NCBI GenBank assembly: GCA_951406725.2 | Contig: OX597823.1 | Coordinates: 60,140,001 to 60,204,000, forward strand | DNA: 64,000 nt | Reading direction: 5' to 3' | From: Octopus vulgaris | Taxonomy: Eukaryota | Shown: piece by piece, positions 63,531 to 64,000 of the stretch | How the letters are laid out: every line of letters begins with the position of its first letter | How positions within the stretch are numbered: the stretch's first letter is position 1 | The notes under the pieces: generated by a model | Database searches by the model: none | Told to the model about the DNA's origin: nothing | Seen by the model: the letters and a program-made list of their open reading frames with translations, nothing else | Program-made: the position numbers and the translations under genes

Positions 63531-64000
63531 GTGTATGTTTATGATATATCAATGCTTTAAAAATGTTGAAATGTTCTGAATGTTCTATATTGGCAAGAAG
63601 ATATGCATTCAAAAAGTTTGTTAAAGCATTCTGGCTTCACAAAAATGATTTCAAACCTTTCTTTTGTACAAAGATGTCAAGGTCTTTCGTTTTTGATTTT
63701 GTCTTTTTTTTTTCTTCCTTTTCCTTTTTACTCTTTCTGGCTTGTACAAAATTAGGCAACTGTAAACAAAAAGTTGTGAAAAATATTTTTACTTTTGATT
63801 TTTATATGAATTTGTAAAATGGATTGTTATTCTCTTTTCCTTGTAGAACATAAGAGAAGACTAGGAGTGTCTAAATCTGAAAATATTTGAGTGAGACTTA
63901 TAAATACTCTGGAAAAATGAATTTCTGCTATTACCTGGTATAGAGTATCTATAAATTTTCAGACAATTACTAAAATGGATGTAAATGCACTGCTGTTACT

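Overview
AT-rich, microsatellite-dense eukaryotic DNA with no recognisable host protein-coding exon. The repeat repertoire looks like Octopus/coleoid cephalopod intronic or intergenic DNA, which is an inference. Almost all listed ORFs are (TA)n/(CA)n/(CAT)n/(AAT)n artefacts. The real coding remnants are all transposon-derived: a young 5'-truncated RTE LINE with an uninterrupted ~650-codon RT ORF carrying a PHD-type finger, R4/Dong-like RLE LINE 3' ends sitting in (AAT)n, a CRE-like RLE fragment, two other RTE 3' ends, a decayed piggyBac and three mariner remnants. At least three tRNA-derived SINE families are also present. The most striking non-coding signal is a set of fold-back elements (long palindrome plus a one-sided tail), mostly flanked by (TA)n. 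Several carry type I hammerhead-ribozyme folds: one with an intact core, one G3-C8 compensatory variant, and several with palindromic dimer-type stem III. These fit Penelope-like pLTR remnants or non-autonomous derivatives from several families. Two young tandem arrays with higher-order structure have grown from a LINE 3' UTR and from a SINE tRNA head. Coordinates were read by eye, and the ends of degenerate repeats are approximate.
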